The notes beneath the pieces are model-generated. The model ran no database searches. It saw nothing but the letters and a program-made list of their open reading frames with translations, and was not told the origin of the DNA. Positions 35,141 through 53,379 of a DNA stretch of 64,000 nucleotides are shown here, piece after piece. The position numbers were made by a program, and so were the translations under genes. Source of the stretch: the human T2T-CHM13v2.0 reference genome, Homo sapiens; assembly GCF_009914755.1 (NCBI RefSeq), contig NC_060931.1. One strand, 5' to 3'. Position 1 is the stretch's first letter, and each line of letters opens with the position of its first letter.

Positions 35141-37358
35141 TTGGAGGTATCTACAAAAGTAAATACTACAAGCATGTTTGATCACTGCACCTAAAAAGAT
35201 GAAGAGAGAGAGAGTGAGGTAGGGGTTAGGGAGGGAAAAGAAAAGAGATTCCGTTAAATGAAGACAAGGGATTGATCTTTAGGCTGAAAATGCAAAGGTC
35301 AAGAAGTGAATCAAGTGTTCAAACTATCTGAAAATATATACTACCAGGATAAAATGAACACAGTTTCTTTTTCACTGATTTCCAGCGTGTTTCAATGAAA
35401 AAGCACTTCTTGCATTCTCTGCAATGTCTACTGATAACAGTTGAGAATTACTTGACTTGGTAACTAGCTTAAAGAACTCATTACCCCCCCCCCCAAAAAA
35501 AACAGTATAATTAGACAAACGTAAAACAGTTCAAAATGTTTGCAAAAATATTGGAAAATCTGGGCTGTACACGACCCTTCATTTATTCATTCAAAAGACA
35601 TTTACTTAGTGCTTATTTTGTTTTATGCCCTGTAGTCCCAGCTACAGGAATAAAGATGGGGGGTTGGAGGTCATGGAGACGTAGAGGATTCCTCAAGAAA
35701 GCAAGCAAGAGGAAAGCAAGGAAGGGATGTGGGATTTGGAGCAGAGGAGTAGTTAGCTATGCCAAGGTAAGAAGTTGGCCAGGTCAGCGATGGGACAACC
35801 TAGACCTGCTCCCAAGGCCAGAGTGAGCTGGGTGGCCTTCGGCAGCCCACTTCCATGGTTGGCGGGGCAGTTAACTCCTTTACCCCTAGAGTCATCATTA
35901 CCTAGGACCTCAAGGCAGCATGTGTGACCTGGAACCTGAAACCAGGACAGAAATCAGATTTCTGACAGAGGCATTCCTGATGGGAATGGGGTTACTGGAT
36001 AGAGTGAGTGAGCTTGGAAATCTAACTCTCTGGATAAAAGATCTTTCTGTCAACAAGATCCTGAACTTGATCTTATCCACTGTTCCCAATCCAGGGTGAT
36101 GCCCTCCTCAAACTCTTGCATGTCCTTGGTGAGTTTGAGCTGCAAAGTTCTCTTGTCACCTTTTGTCCTAGACACGTGGGCCGGCAGGCAGAGTACCGTC
36201 GCACACACTCGCTGCTGATATCTGGCCTGTTGGCCCAGGTCACCCACTGGAAAGACAAGGCAACTCTAGTTTTGTACAAGTTCTATGACAGTCTATTAAC
36301 ATGTTGCCTTGCAATTCTTGGTGTACTAATAACTGCTGGCTAAAGACATTCCTGACATTAAAAGAACATGCTCTGATTCAGTATTTTACATGTGAGAAAC
36401 ATCTCCAATTACAGAAAATCATTCCTAAGTTGAGGAGAAAATATTTTCCCACTGATGAAATTTATCAAATTGGTATAGAATCTTCTGGGAAGAAAAACAG
36501 CAGTGATAAAACTTCAGCTGGGAGCCATATGTTTTTAAAAGCAGCCATTTTAAACTAAGGGCAATATATCAAGTGATAGAGCTGGTTCACTTTGCAGTGT
36601 TGTCACACATAATCTGACCTGTGAAATTTTTGGAAAAAAAAAAATGACTGAACTTAGAATATTGCACAGGAAATTGACCTTGTAAACTCACTTGTGAATA
36701 CTTTCATACGAAGATCATCCTAGGATAATCTTAAAAGAATTATCAGTTGCTCAATATTTTACACTTACGACCGAAAAAGAAAATAGTGTGTAATAGTTAA
36801 TGAACTGGCCGAAACTTCTCAGTAAAAAGGCATTCTTTTTGCCTGTAGTTTTCTTATATGGCGCACCTTATATTATTTTACAAACCAGTGTTCTTTTAAA
36901 GTAGGCTGGATCCTAGCAGGAAATAGATTATTAATTTTTTTCTAAAGTATTAAATCATTTCTACTTTCAGATTGTAATCATTATATGTGTTTTCATAACA
37001 TATTAAAAGATCTACTCAAATGTCTATCCTGGATAAATGTTTTTTGTGTCCTGAAAGCCCAAGTTAGCATTACTTTGCAGTATAAACAAACCAGTTCTCC
37101 AGTTCTAGTTCAATGGCTAAATGCACAAGGACTTATTTGGTATCTTTCTCTTTCTCTCTTTCTCTTTTTTTTTTATAACCACTAATTTTTTTCTATAACA
37201 CCTATGTTTGAATGTTAACATTCTTGTTTTTCATTAACTGTCCTTTTTTTCAGATTATAAAAGAAACAAAAATTGCTTACAGCCCATCTCCCAAATAGAA
37301 CCACTTTTACCATTTTGGTGTCTTTGCTTTCAGATTTGAAAAGCAACATTTCCATGAG

Positions 37359-37668
37359 ATTTTTTTTTTTTTTTTTTTTTTTTTGAGATAGAGTCTCACT
37401 CTGTCACCCAGGCCGGAGTACAGTGGTGCCATCTCTGCTCACTGCAACCTCCACCTTGTGGATTGAAGCGATTCTCCTGCCTCAGCTTCCTGAGTAGCTA
37501 GGATTACAAGCACGCACCACCATGCCCGGCTAATTTTTGTGTTTTCTAGTAGAGACAGGGTTTCACCATGTTGGCCAGGCTGGTTTCGAAGTCCTGACCT
37601 CAGGTGATCCGCCTGCCTCAGCCTCTCAAAGTGCCGGGATTACAGGCGTGAGCCCCTGCACCCAGCCT
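37359..37668 (-). mobile_element. AluS
   Basis: Reverse dimer. Confidence 0.9.
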
Positions 37669-37759
37669 CCGTGTGATTTTAAAACATGTTTTCTCATTAT
37701 AAAAGGAAGACATGCGCATTCAAGAAATCTGACAAACACACCTGATAAATCAAGATACG

Positions 37760-38330
37760 ATGTCAGCAAAATGCTAGGATCTGAGGAAACAGAACTCATC
37801 CATGTGGAGGGTGTAAAGTGACACGGTGTTTAGGAATCCAGCTAGGCAGTGTTTGCTGTTACTGAATTTGTGCGCACTCTCTGAGCTAGAGACTCCATTG
37901 CTAGATAACCTTTCCAACAAAACGTATCCTACATGCACATAAGAATAAGGATAGTCACGGAAACGTTGTTTATAATAGAAAAAGCAGGAAAGGGCTTTGT
38001 GTCCATCATTCGGGATATAATTGATCTCTATAATTCAGGATGTATATAAATTATGGTACAGCTATATTAGAAATGTGTGCTTATATATTTAATAAATACT
38101 AAGCAGCTATTGAGATCAAATGAATAAAAATTTTCGAACAAAGTGTAAGGTAAATCTGTATATACTGATAGTAAAAGATCTGTAAGATGTGGTATAAAAT
38201 GAAAAATGTAATTTATAAAACAGTATGTATAGTATTACCACATTTATGTAAATGTAAGAAGGATACCTGCACATATATACAAAGAAAAATACGTAGAAAG
38301 GGACTGGAAGGATGTGCACAAAACTGTGTC
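37760..38330 (+). mobile_element. Old L1ME-like 3' fragment
   Basis: ttgtttataatagaaaaa..gtccatca..ataaattatggtaca. Confidence 0.5.
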
Positions 38331-38557
38331 ACCTCTGGGCAGGGGAGCAAGAGGACAGTGAGGAGGGAACCTTCCCATTCAGTTCTGTGCCATTGTGGCT
38401 TGCCCTGACTCTTTTACAATAAGAATGTGTGCGTTGCTTCTATAATTTTAAAAAGTAAAACTGCACAATGTACTTCTTCATTAATTGTTACAGACCATAA
38501 TATTTTAAAATACCACATTTTAGATTATAAAACGTATATGTATTATAAAACATTTAT

Positions 38558-38864
<307 letters not shown>

Positions 38865-39420
38865 TCATACAGGAAAGTATAATTAAGAAAAATCAGAGAA
38901 ATCCTCTCTCTCCTTGGTGGAATTCTCTTACCATATTTACGAGCCCTAGAGCCAGCCTACTTCCCAAGTCCTCTTTACTCAGCTCCATTTTGAGAGACCT
39001 TCTAAACTTGCAAATTCACTATGAAAAAAATATCCCAAGCATGAAGGGCAGAAGCAGCACTGAGACAGAGTGAGCTCAGGACAGTTCTGTTTGGGGAACC
39101 TGTTTCTGTTCCTATGGACTCCATCCATCCAGCAACCAACATGCAGAAGGCAAACAGCAAGGTGCTCCTTACTGCTGGTTGTCAAACTGGGATATCTGGT
39201 TGCTCTTTCCAAATCGAACTCGTTCTCCTTTACAGTGTGATACTTCTACGCCTACTGCTCTAATAGTAACCACCTTTTCTCACTAGGTTTAAAGTTCTCC
39301 AACTAAGTCAGACACTGCCACCTGACTTGACATTGCAATAAAATGATAGTCACTTCATGGAAGCCACCACTAAATATACCAATTACCAGGAAGTATGACA
39401 AAATAACAGTGCACATTCTT

Positions 39421-39756
<336 letters not shown>

Positions 39757-39908
39757 TCAATCAGCAGCACACTTTAAGAAGGGGTAACTTTTTCTAGAAA
39801 GTGCTCAAAATCTCTTTGAAAATATTTTGAAATTGCCTTCAGGAACTGAATCTCCCAAATGGTGACAAATCCTTTCCTTTCGACAGTAGGATTTGTTCAC
39901 AAAAGTGC

Positions 39909-40360
<452 letters not shown>

Positions 40361-41304
40361 TCAGTGCTTGTGCCGTTGTCAGTTACTCAAAAATTTGAAT
40401 TCCACCTCCCCTACCCACCCCAGCAGAGGCCTTGACAATCCTCCTATTTCTTTTTAAAATTTATTATTTTCTTCTTTTGCTACTGTCAGGATCAACCAGG
40501 TATGTCCTCTCATGTTTATTAGCCATCCCCAAAGCACCCACAAAACCGTACCACTCTTGTTAAAGAAGAAAAAATCACATGCTAGTTGAATGAATAATTG
40601 TTGACTTGCTATTACATGAAAACTCTTTTAGGTTAAATGGATGTGTTTGTTCTACTGTTACCATTCGTACCAAAAGGATTTTTAAGAATACCCTTTTTAA
40701 AAGAATTAATTTTTATAGCTTAAAACAATTAAGACAATAATTCATGACTCTTGAAAACATTTAAAAACCCAGTGATTACTTTGTTCAGATCCATGAGCAA
40801 ACAAAGGGTGGGGCTGAAGGCTAAAGGGTTAATTCTGGGTTTGAGTTGTGAGCAGTTTCTTCAAATGTTTCTCTGTGTGTTGAGTTAACACCAGGTTTCA
40901 GAAAAGTAGGCAGAACATGATCAAGAATGAGAGAGGAAAAAATAGACATTTTAAAGCAGCAGTGGGGACTCAGCTGCCTACACACTCCTCCGTGGTCCTG
41001 AGCAACGGGAAAAGGGGTCCTGGGGCTGGGACCTGCCAAAACAGGGAACAAGAGTTCAGATCGCTAGTCCACCGTGGGCGTGGCTAGCCCAGGCCAGACT
41101 GGTTTGAGAAGCCAATGAGGCCAGTGATATTGCTGGCCCTGGTAAATAAGAGAGCTCAGAACCTTAGAAAATTAACATGTGTTCCATAAAATGCATTCTT
41201 CCAACAATCAACCAAGATCTGCAGGATAGAGTGCTCAAAAGCAAACTAGATGGGCTATTTTCTGTATTCCAACACTGAAAAAGAGTTGTAATAATGATTT
41301 ATTT

Positions 41305-41980
41305 TTTGTTTGTTCGTTTTTTTAAGAGGCAGGGTCTGGCCCTCTCACCCATGCTGGAGTGCAGTGATGTGATCATAACTCACTGCAGCCTGAAACTCCT
41401 GGGCTCAAGCGATCCTTCCACCTCAGCCTCCCAAATAGCTGGGACTACAGGGGTGATATGACACCCAAAATGCTGAAACAGAGATGCGTAACTTATTTTA
41501 TTTTACAGCATGTATATTTCATGGTCTCAGTTTGGTTGTGGTTTCATGTGCCAAATTGCACTAGAACAACAAAAGCATGGGCACTGTTTTCACATAGGGG
41601 ATACAAGAAGCAGTGTGTGTCCTGTTAAGCTTGTGGGTCCTGATCCTAAATGAAATGATCAAAATTCATCTTCTTTTTTTTTTTTTTTTTAAAGAAAGGT
41701 GAGGTCTTGCTATGTTGCCCAGGCTGGCCTCAAACTCCTGGGGTCAAGCAGTCCTCCTGCCTGGGCCTCCAAAGTGCTGGGTTTACAAGCATGAGCCACC
41801 CAGCCCACCCAAGATGAACTATGTTCAAATCCTGTTTGTTAAGTGTGATCTTTAGCGGGTTACTTAACCTAAGATTCAATTCATCTGTAAAACAGAAATA
41901 ATATAAAACATAATAATACATAATTCCTACTTCACAGAGTTGCTGTGAAGATTAATATGAAATACTGCATGTGAAGAACA
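41305..41980. mobile_element. Alu monomers (41305-41465 and 41674-41810, minus) and MIR (41820-41980, plus)
   Basis: Monomer motifs; ttcatctgtaaaa..cctacttcacagagttgctgtgaagattaa. Confidence 0.7.
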
Positions 41981-42022
41981 TGGCTGTTATTTTGGCTCCT
42001 AATTGTTAAAAATATTGGTCAT

Positions 42023-42636
<614 letters not shown>

Positions 42637-43029
42637 TTATGGATTTTGTAAAAACAATATCTGTACAATTCTGGCATAACAGAAAGGCAAAACAATGACA
42701 AAACAATTTTCTTTATTACATAGAAATACTAGGCTCACTCTAGAAAGGGACATGAGTACAATAGTAGTGAATGGTGATCTTTCTAAAAGCATTGTCAAGG
42801 TAATTCTTCTAAGCATTGCCTAAACATGTTCAGTATGAAGAATTTTATCTTCTGTGGCAGGAGTACCAGGCATCTCTCTTTCCTAAGATAGTTTCTTTAA
42901 CTCTTAGCTCTGTCAGTTTCTAAAAACTGAGCTGGAACAATGTCAGAAGCTGGCCTTTGTTACCAGTGTTTCTTCCCTCACACTGCATTCTAGTTTTCAC
43001 CTGTTGTCCCTTGGATCTTCCTGTGAACA

Positions 43030-43410
43030 TGGCCATGTAACTTTGCAGTCCCTCCCGCCCGGCAGTGAGGTCTATTTCCTCACACTATGAATGCTGGGCT
43101 TGGCCCTATGACTCAGTTTAGCCAATGGCATGTCAGGGGACGTGATACAAGCAAAGGCTTGAAATGCATCTGCACATTTGGCTTGTCCTCTTACCCTCTC
43201 ACAGCCCTGCCATTGCCATAAGAAAAACAAGTCCCAGCCAGCCTGCTGGTCCAAGAAGAGTGAGACAGGCCTGGAACCAACCTTCAGTGTGGAGTCATGC
43301 CCAGTCAAGCCCAGGCTAGACCAACTGACCTGCAGTCACAAGTGATAACACCTTTGCTGTTTAAACTAAGTTTTGGAGGGGTTTGTTACACAGCAGTACT
43401 AACTGATAAA
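43030..43410 (+). mobile_element. MLT1 (I/J-like) LTR
   Basis: gggcttggccctatgactcagtttagccaatggcatg...gtttgttacacagca..ctaactgata. Confidence 0.7.
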
Positions 43411-43473
43411 TATCCAACCCTGTCACCTTTGGTATACTGTAGATAAAGCTGTTTTTAAAAAAAAGTAATAATC

Positions 43474-44661
<1,188 letters not shown>

Positions 44662-44739
44662 TGAGTTGCTCTTTTATACCTGTATGCAGGCAATATGATG
44701 AAATAGTACAAGAATTTTATCAAGTTATAAATGCTTGTT

Positions 44740-44872
44740 TGGTTACTAACCTGAGTGATAAAATAATCTGTACCAGAAACCCCTATGACACGAGTTTACC
44801 TATGTAACAAACCTGCACCTATACCCCTGAATCTAAAATTAAAGTTTAAAAAAAAAGAAAAAGAAAAAGAAA
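44740..44872 (+). mobile_element. L1PA extreme 3' end
   Basis: gtttacctatgtaacaaacctgcac..tacccctgaatctaaaa followed by an A tail. Confidence 0.85.
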
Positions 44873-45214
44873 TCTTTGGAGCAGAAAAGCATAGAAACAA
44901 TGTCCATGTCAGTTGGAAGTAGAGGTGTAGTCTCTGCCTATATAACTATTTCCATTCATTGAGTATTACAGACCAAAAATAAGATAAAATCCACTCTTTT
45001 TTATATCAGGAGGAATACCATTTAAACGCAGGTGATCACTCTATTCACTCCTGATTTTTCCCTTGCACTTCCTGCAGGCGTAGTTAGAAGACTAGCAAAA
45101 TAATATAGTTCGCAGAATTCATTGAAAAACATCATCTAGTGGTACTTTTTAACAGAATCAATTTATTGTATTTTAAGCCATAAAAGATTATTCACTGTAT
45201 CCACTGAGGCCCAC

Positions 45215-45760
45215 ATTTGACTGCAAGTAGCAGAAACCCTCTACTAACTATAGCTTAAGTCATAAGGATGGTTTACTCTTTACTTAACAAGAAACTCAGA
45301 GAAAGTCCATATCAGGATTGGTCTGCCAGCTTCATAAAAACTCATTAGACTCAGGCTCTTTCTGTCTTCTCATTTTGCATATTGGCTTATCATCCTCATG
45401 CGTGTACTCATGGTTGCAAGGTGGCTGCTGTAGTTCCAAGTATCACATGCAAATTCAAGGCAGAAAGAAGGGGAAGGGACTGAGTCAGCCCCTACTTTAT
45501 CATGTATCAAGAAAGCAGAAGCTCTCCAGAAGCCTCCCTGAAGACTTCTCTGCATCTTATTGGCAAGAAAGGCAACACATGTCCATGGAACACATGTCCT
45601 AGCTTAAAGGGCAGCTGGGATATTTACAAGGAAAGAGAATGAGCTTGTCATGATTTCAAATATCAAGAATGATCTCCTCAGGCTGGGCACACTGTTGTCC
45701 TGAGCAAAGTCAGGGTTCTGTTAGCAGAAAGAAGAGAGGAAATGACTCTAAGGTACCCAA
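45215..45760 (-). mobile_element. Old MaLR-type LTR
   Basis: ctgcaagtagcagaaaccc...catggttgcaaggtggctgctgtagttcca. Confidence 0.55.
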
Positions 45761-48098
45761 GCATCATCTGCACGTTGCCTTAGCTGCCCTTAAACACATT
45801 GCCTTCTCAATCTAATGGAAGCAGGAAAACAGAAAACACAGAATTGTGATTTTACCTTTTTGAGGGAAGTGGGGATACCTGAGCTTCTTTGAGCATCTGA
45901 GTAAGCAACAGACACTAATTCACCCCCAAATTTTCCAACAAGGAATTTTGGGGGATGTCCAGAGCTCCTAAAACCCATCTGTGGGTGACTACATGAAGAA
46001 GGCCGACCTAAAGTCAGCCCAGTCTTTCAACCTGGTCTTCCATAGTATACAGCTCCTGGGTTGTTCTGCTTTTTCCAGTTGGTTGTGTTGTGAGTCTGTT
46101 GGTTGCTGATTCTGTAAGAGGTAGTATAATTCCTTCTCTCTGTAACTGAGCTTGTAACTGGAAAAAATGACAATGCCTAAAATCGTATAACAAGAAAAAT
46201 GGAATTTTCACTATTTCATGGTTCATTATGTTGAAAATAAAAAGACCAAAAGTTAAAAACTGAGTTCCTATTTCAAAGCACTATCAAACATCTAATTGCA
46301 AAATATTATATACAGGAAACTGCAGGGGTCTAATCCCTGCTGACAAAGAATTTATAATCTGAGACAATCTAGTGATAATCTCACTTGGGTTATCAAATGG
46401 GGGCAGGGCAGCAGATAATATTAAGTTATTAAATAAGGTAAGATTACTTTTAGAAGTATAAACTATTTTGAAAATGCAAAGTTCTGAAATAAGTCCAAAC
46501 TCCATATTCTGACAAGTAAAATCAGAGATTGCCAATGTCTCTAATTATATCTGCTAAACAGATAGTGTACATACTTTGATTATGAAATAATGACATTGAT
46601 TCTCAGGCGTGATTTGCAGAAATCAGTATCCTTACTTTGCAAACACACTTGGTAATGTGAGACAAATTTCTGGCAGCAGAATGATGATTCAAAATTCATT
46701 CTTAGGCAGAGAGAAAAGTATATAAAGGGAGTAGAACAAAAATTGTGGGAAATATGTGAAAATAATTTTTTTTTTGACTGGAGTAGGATAATTTGCTTTT
46801 CCATTTTATTTCCTTGTCAGTCCCAGTAAAGCAGTATCACGTGCAACTTTGTGCTTTTTTAAATATCTAAGCTTCTGGTTCAACTCTTCACATTGCTTCT
46901 CTAACAACAGACATTCTCCATGGCTCGTTTTCTTGCTTTCTGCTGAATTCTGTACTTTGTACTATTAATAGTTTTGATTTTGTGAAGACCTGAATCATTC
47001 TGTAAGCAGCTATGAAATATCTCCCGTGGCTTTCTGGCCTGGGGCAGATGGGAAAATTAACTCCAAGGAGAAAAGAGCACCCTAAACTGCCTTTTCTCAG
47101 GCAGACAGCCATTGATGTGATTTCAGTGAAAACCATCAAGCTGAAACATCAATATTCCTCCACCCTTGGTCCACAGAGCAGGCAGGGCTCATTAGCAAGC
47201 AGAGCCTCAGCTGGGTTCCATCTTGGGCCGGTCTGGGCTAAGGTTTCAACCCGGAGGCTGTGAGATCCTGTTTCCTCCACGTCTGAGCCCAGTTACCTAA
47301 CCAGGTGCTTGTTGGAGGCTGCCTGCAATTGCAGCCCTTACTTTGGCCTCTTATTTCCTTCTGGCTCAGCCTCTAGCTCGACTCCAGCTGGCCTAGGTTG
47401 CTCCTGAGCACCAGTGGAATTGAGATAAATCACCCCAACCTTTACAGGCCTTCTTCGTAGGATGGAGAAAGGTCTGGGTCCCTGGGAAAACCGTAAAAAT
47501 TGCCCTCTAAACATAATCAAAACTACAGTAACTTCACATCTATTTTTTCTTTTTGTATTTCATCCATGCTTTCTTTTTTCCCTTTTGTGACACAAATTTT
47601 TAGCAGAAACCTGACATTCTAGTAATCTAAAAGCTATTTTACTGTGGTATTAAAGACGTCCTATATAACAGAACTTGTGGTTCGTTTCATGAAAATTTAT
47701 TTCCATACATACGAACTAACAATTTCAAAAACTCCAATGCATATAAAATTAATAAACCTGAACACTGCTTCACAGAACAACCATGGTGAAATCTACAAAT
47801 TGAAATCGCTGTTGCAGCCCAGATATATGCACATTTTAAAGCCAGATGGCTTTCCTAACCAAATAAATGTCAGCCCTATAGTGAGAGGTCTTAGTACAAG
47901 GGTGGGAGGCACTGTAAGGACAAGTTCAGGCGTTGTTTAGGGTATCTGGGTTAAAACAACAGCAGAAGGTCAAGAGTTAGGTCCGTGGAACTATCCTGAC
48001 GGGACAGACCAGAGTGGGCAAGATTCAGAGTAACCAAAGACGGCTCAGGTAGGAGAGAACCCTGGAGAAGAGACAGAGGGGGAACCAGCAACTACTGA

Positions 48099-48457
<359 letters not shown>

Positions 48458-49469
48458 CTCAGTTCATTTAATCTCATGTTTAGCATGTGAGGGGGGTAGG
48501 TCTCCCCTTTTACACGTGGAGAAACTGGGTTGTATGGGAATTCCTTGGTCAGAAGCCTCCAGCCTATGAGTCCTCCGATGGTATAGATCCTATTCTCCAT
48601 TTTATTTCCATCGTTCTGCACTGTGCCTTATACATAGAAGGCACTTAATAAACACTTGTTGCATAAGCAACCCTCCCTGACTGTCTTCCTGGTGAAACCT
48701 ACCTGTTGGAGCAGATGGTACTGGACTTTAACAAGACTTAAGTAATTAAGGGTGCTCTGTTTCCTTTGAGTCTGGGGATCATTCATAAGCCTCCAGTGCC
48801 CTGATACAAATCAGGACCACATGCTCTGGACACATCTGAGTCTGAGCCGGTGTATTCACATCACGAAGGGGCTCCTAAGGTCAGGATCCTGGTTCGGCAG
48901 TCCAGGCTCTACAGTTGGTATCTCCATCTCACTTCATCCATTTTCTCTAAGCAAGGGAAGCACATGACATCTAGTATCTTCTCTCCATCTGACTTATTGC
49001 CCTCCCCACTCCTGGTGTCTTAGCAATCATATTGTGTCCTGTCTCACCAGGAACGTTTGATAAGATCATTCAGAACAAATGCAGATCACCAAAGGGATTA
49101 TAGTTCTATTAATTTTGATTTTACATCTACGTTAGTCAAATTGATTCCTTCTGGGCTGAGATCTATGTGCATTTCACAATCGCTGTAACAGAAAACAGAT
49201 CATCTTTTCATTTTCTGCTGTGACTTATTCAATTATACCTCTTTGCATCTAGAAAAAGCAAAAAGATTGTTTCTCAAAACAACTGAGCAGCTGAGGTGAC
49301 TATCCGCGATTATGTGGGGTGATCACCAGTTTCCTTACAGCTGATGCCATCAAGTTTTTGGTGCTCCCTACCCACTTCCAACACCAACACACACACACAC
49401 ACACACACCCCACCTCCACCACCCCGTTTCAGTCCTTAAAGGGTCCTATAGCATATATTAAACTAATTT

Positions 49470-49937
<468 letters not shown>

Positions 49938-51339
49938 ATGTGTGTGTATTTGTAATATGCATGAATACACAGTATCAAAACACAACTAGTCAGTTCAGCT
50001 AAAGGATAAACCAGTATTTCACGTTTCTACACACTAGATGTATCGCACCACAAAGCATAAGGCATCACACTAAATGCCAAGCCATACAAGAATTGTCTTG
50101 TAGACAGCACATGGGGTGAGAATGATTTGCTCCCTCCCCAGACCTTGGAAATAAGAGGAAACAGATGTCTCCAAAGAGGTAGGCTGGGAAAATCAGGTGG
50201 ATCAAAACAAGCCTCCCGCAAAGGACTCACTCAGCTTTATATGCACATATCCGGCAGCCTGCCCGGGGTCCACACCTGTGGGCTGCGGGTCCTCCTGTGT
50301 TCCCTGCTCTACTTGGTGACACTGCCACAATTTCCTGGACTCACCCTCACATTTTCTTTCATCTCCAGCTTCCAGTCAGTTACCCAATTCTGCTCATCTT
50401 AGGACCTATTTCTCAAATCCCGGATTGGGGGCAGGGCTAGAGACCACTCCGGAGATGACAGAGCAGTCCCAGTGAGAGACAGAATGAGGGCCTTTTATTT
50501 GGAAGGGCTTATTCAAAAGACACCCAAAGGTGAGAATTTAAGGAGACACCATCCAGGAAGCTACCCTGCTAAGGTCTTATGTGTGTGTGGTGTGGTTGTT
50601 TGCTGTTACACTGTATCTTGTGAGATTAGTGCTAGCTAGTGTAATAGCTTGGTGTGTAAGGAATTTGGGAAGTGGAATTCTAAATGGATAGCCTGCCACC
50701 ACCATGAAAGCCCCTTACAGGAACCACCCAAGTCCCCTGGCAGTTTGTCAGAGTGAAGGAAAAGACCCCAGAAAGCGGCACTCGGGAACAGCCAGCAGAA
50801 CTCACCGGCCAACCCCTAGGAATCTACCTACACTCATCTCCAAATTGCCAAGCAATATCTACACATTTTGTTGCATTAAAGGTGAGCGTTAAGCACAGAT
50901 GTGTGGGATAATCATTGTTTGTAGACACTCTGAATAAGATCAAGCCTGAACCAGAAAGGAGTTGTGATGAGGATGAGAAGAGAGAAATTCTAAACTCTAA
51001 AGACGAAACGGGCTGAACTCAGTGACTGAATGGGAGAAGGAGCAGGATGAGCAGAGGGAGGAAACCTGTCCTTGTTGAGCCTCTGCTATTCGCCAGGTGC
51101 TTGTCGGATACTTTCCATATTTAACAGTATTGATGCGAGACAGCCATCATTCCTCCCATTCTGTGGATGAAATATTGACTTTCAGAGAGGTGAAGTGATT
51201 TTCCCAGGATCACACAGCTAACAAGGAATAGGACTGCCTGATAACTTGTATCCTTATTCCTTTTTTTCTTTTTAAGTAGTACAATTTAGTCTTCGAATGA
51301 ATTTTTAAACAAAAGACCAACATGAAAACAGATCAGCTC

Positions 51340-51700
51340 TGGTCGAAAAGCGGTGAGGGAAAAGGCAAAACTAAGGAGACGGTGAAAAGATCAGCAGGTG
51401 CCAGGATCTGGGAGGAGGCAGGGACAGAGCCCAGAGGATTTTTGAGGCAGTGAAACTACTATTATGACTCAACCAAGAGTATTCCCTAATTAACCTATGG
51501 CCTGTGGGTGATAATGACATGTGATGTATCTTCATCAATCGTAACAAACGCACCGCTCTGATGCAAGATGTTGATGGTGTAGGAGGCTGGGGGAGTGGGG
51601 CAAAGGGCAGGGAGTATATGGGAAGCTTCCACTTTCTACTGAATTTTGCTGTGAACCTAAAAAGGCTCTAAAAACATAAAGTCTGTTTAAAAAAAAATTA
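51340..51700 (+). mobile_element. L1MC-type 3' end
   Basis: aaaaggcaaaactaaggagac..ttttgctgtgaacctaaaaaggctctaaaaa. Confidence 0.75.
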
Positions 51701-51816
51701 AATAAGGGGTCCAAAGTTTCCCCCCCTTCTTAACTCACTCCTCCCTTTGGGTGGTCCCTGATGCCACCAAAGGTCTTCAAGGGCTTGAACATGTACAATA
51801 TGAAAGCCACTGCCCC

Positions 51817-52242
<426 letters not shown>

Positions 52243-52952
52243 CTAAGCAGCCTTTCTTTCTTCTAAACATCCTCCCCCAAACAGGTAGCAGGAATCTGTC
52301 TTCCAGAGGGTGGTCCTTGCAGGTGCTAGCACCACCTGAGACCTTCCAGCTCATAAAAAGCTCACCTACCCTGTCAGAGGAAAGGGAACCAGATAACCAA
52401 GATGGTCCAGCCTCACTGCTGCAGCCTCCAGGGGCCTCCTCAGGCCCACACAGTGGGAAAAAGAATATCTAAAGACAGAGACATGACACAAATGGCTCCA
52501 AGACTCAGAGCTCCCACACCTCCTACAGTTCAGAAAGGAGAAAGAAAGAGGGGGAATACAGAAGTTTTCACAGCTCCATCTCTCAAGACTGCAGGCATCA
52601 ACAGCCAACACAATGCTGACCCCCAGAAAGCATTTAACAAAGGCATGCTGACTAAGGAATTGCTAGGTGCTTCAGGGAGAATCTTTCCCCATCAGCTAGG
52701 GGATCACTGAACATAGTATAACAGTTGTAACAAATGATTCCAAGCAGGGAGAGGAAGTATCTCTTCCAGTCTCCTGAGCTGTGATTCAGGGGTGATGAAG
52801 ATTCTGGGGGGAAAACTGGTTTGAAGAAGCCCTCCTTGTCATATAGAACCCTTGGGGGCTGCAGTAGCTCTTCTGGGTCCCAGTATATCAGTAACTGTCC
52901 TGAGGAATCATGTTTTCTACAACCTAATCTTGTTAATCAATATGAACAGAGG

Positions 52953-53337
<385 letters not shown>

Positions 53338-53379
53338 CTAGTAGGTTCACATTCACTTATCCTATTAAACATTGTTGAG

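Noticed and set aside
36050-36247. Protein-like minus-strand ORF (KDMQEFEEGITLDWEQWIR)
   Set aside because: Short, no family I recognise, no convincing exon or retrocopy structure. A tblastn hit would be needed.
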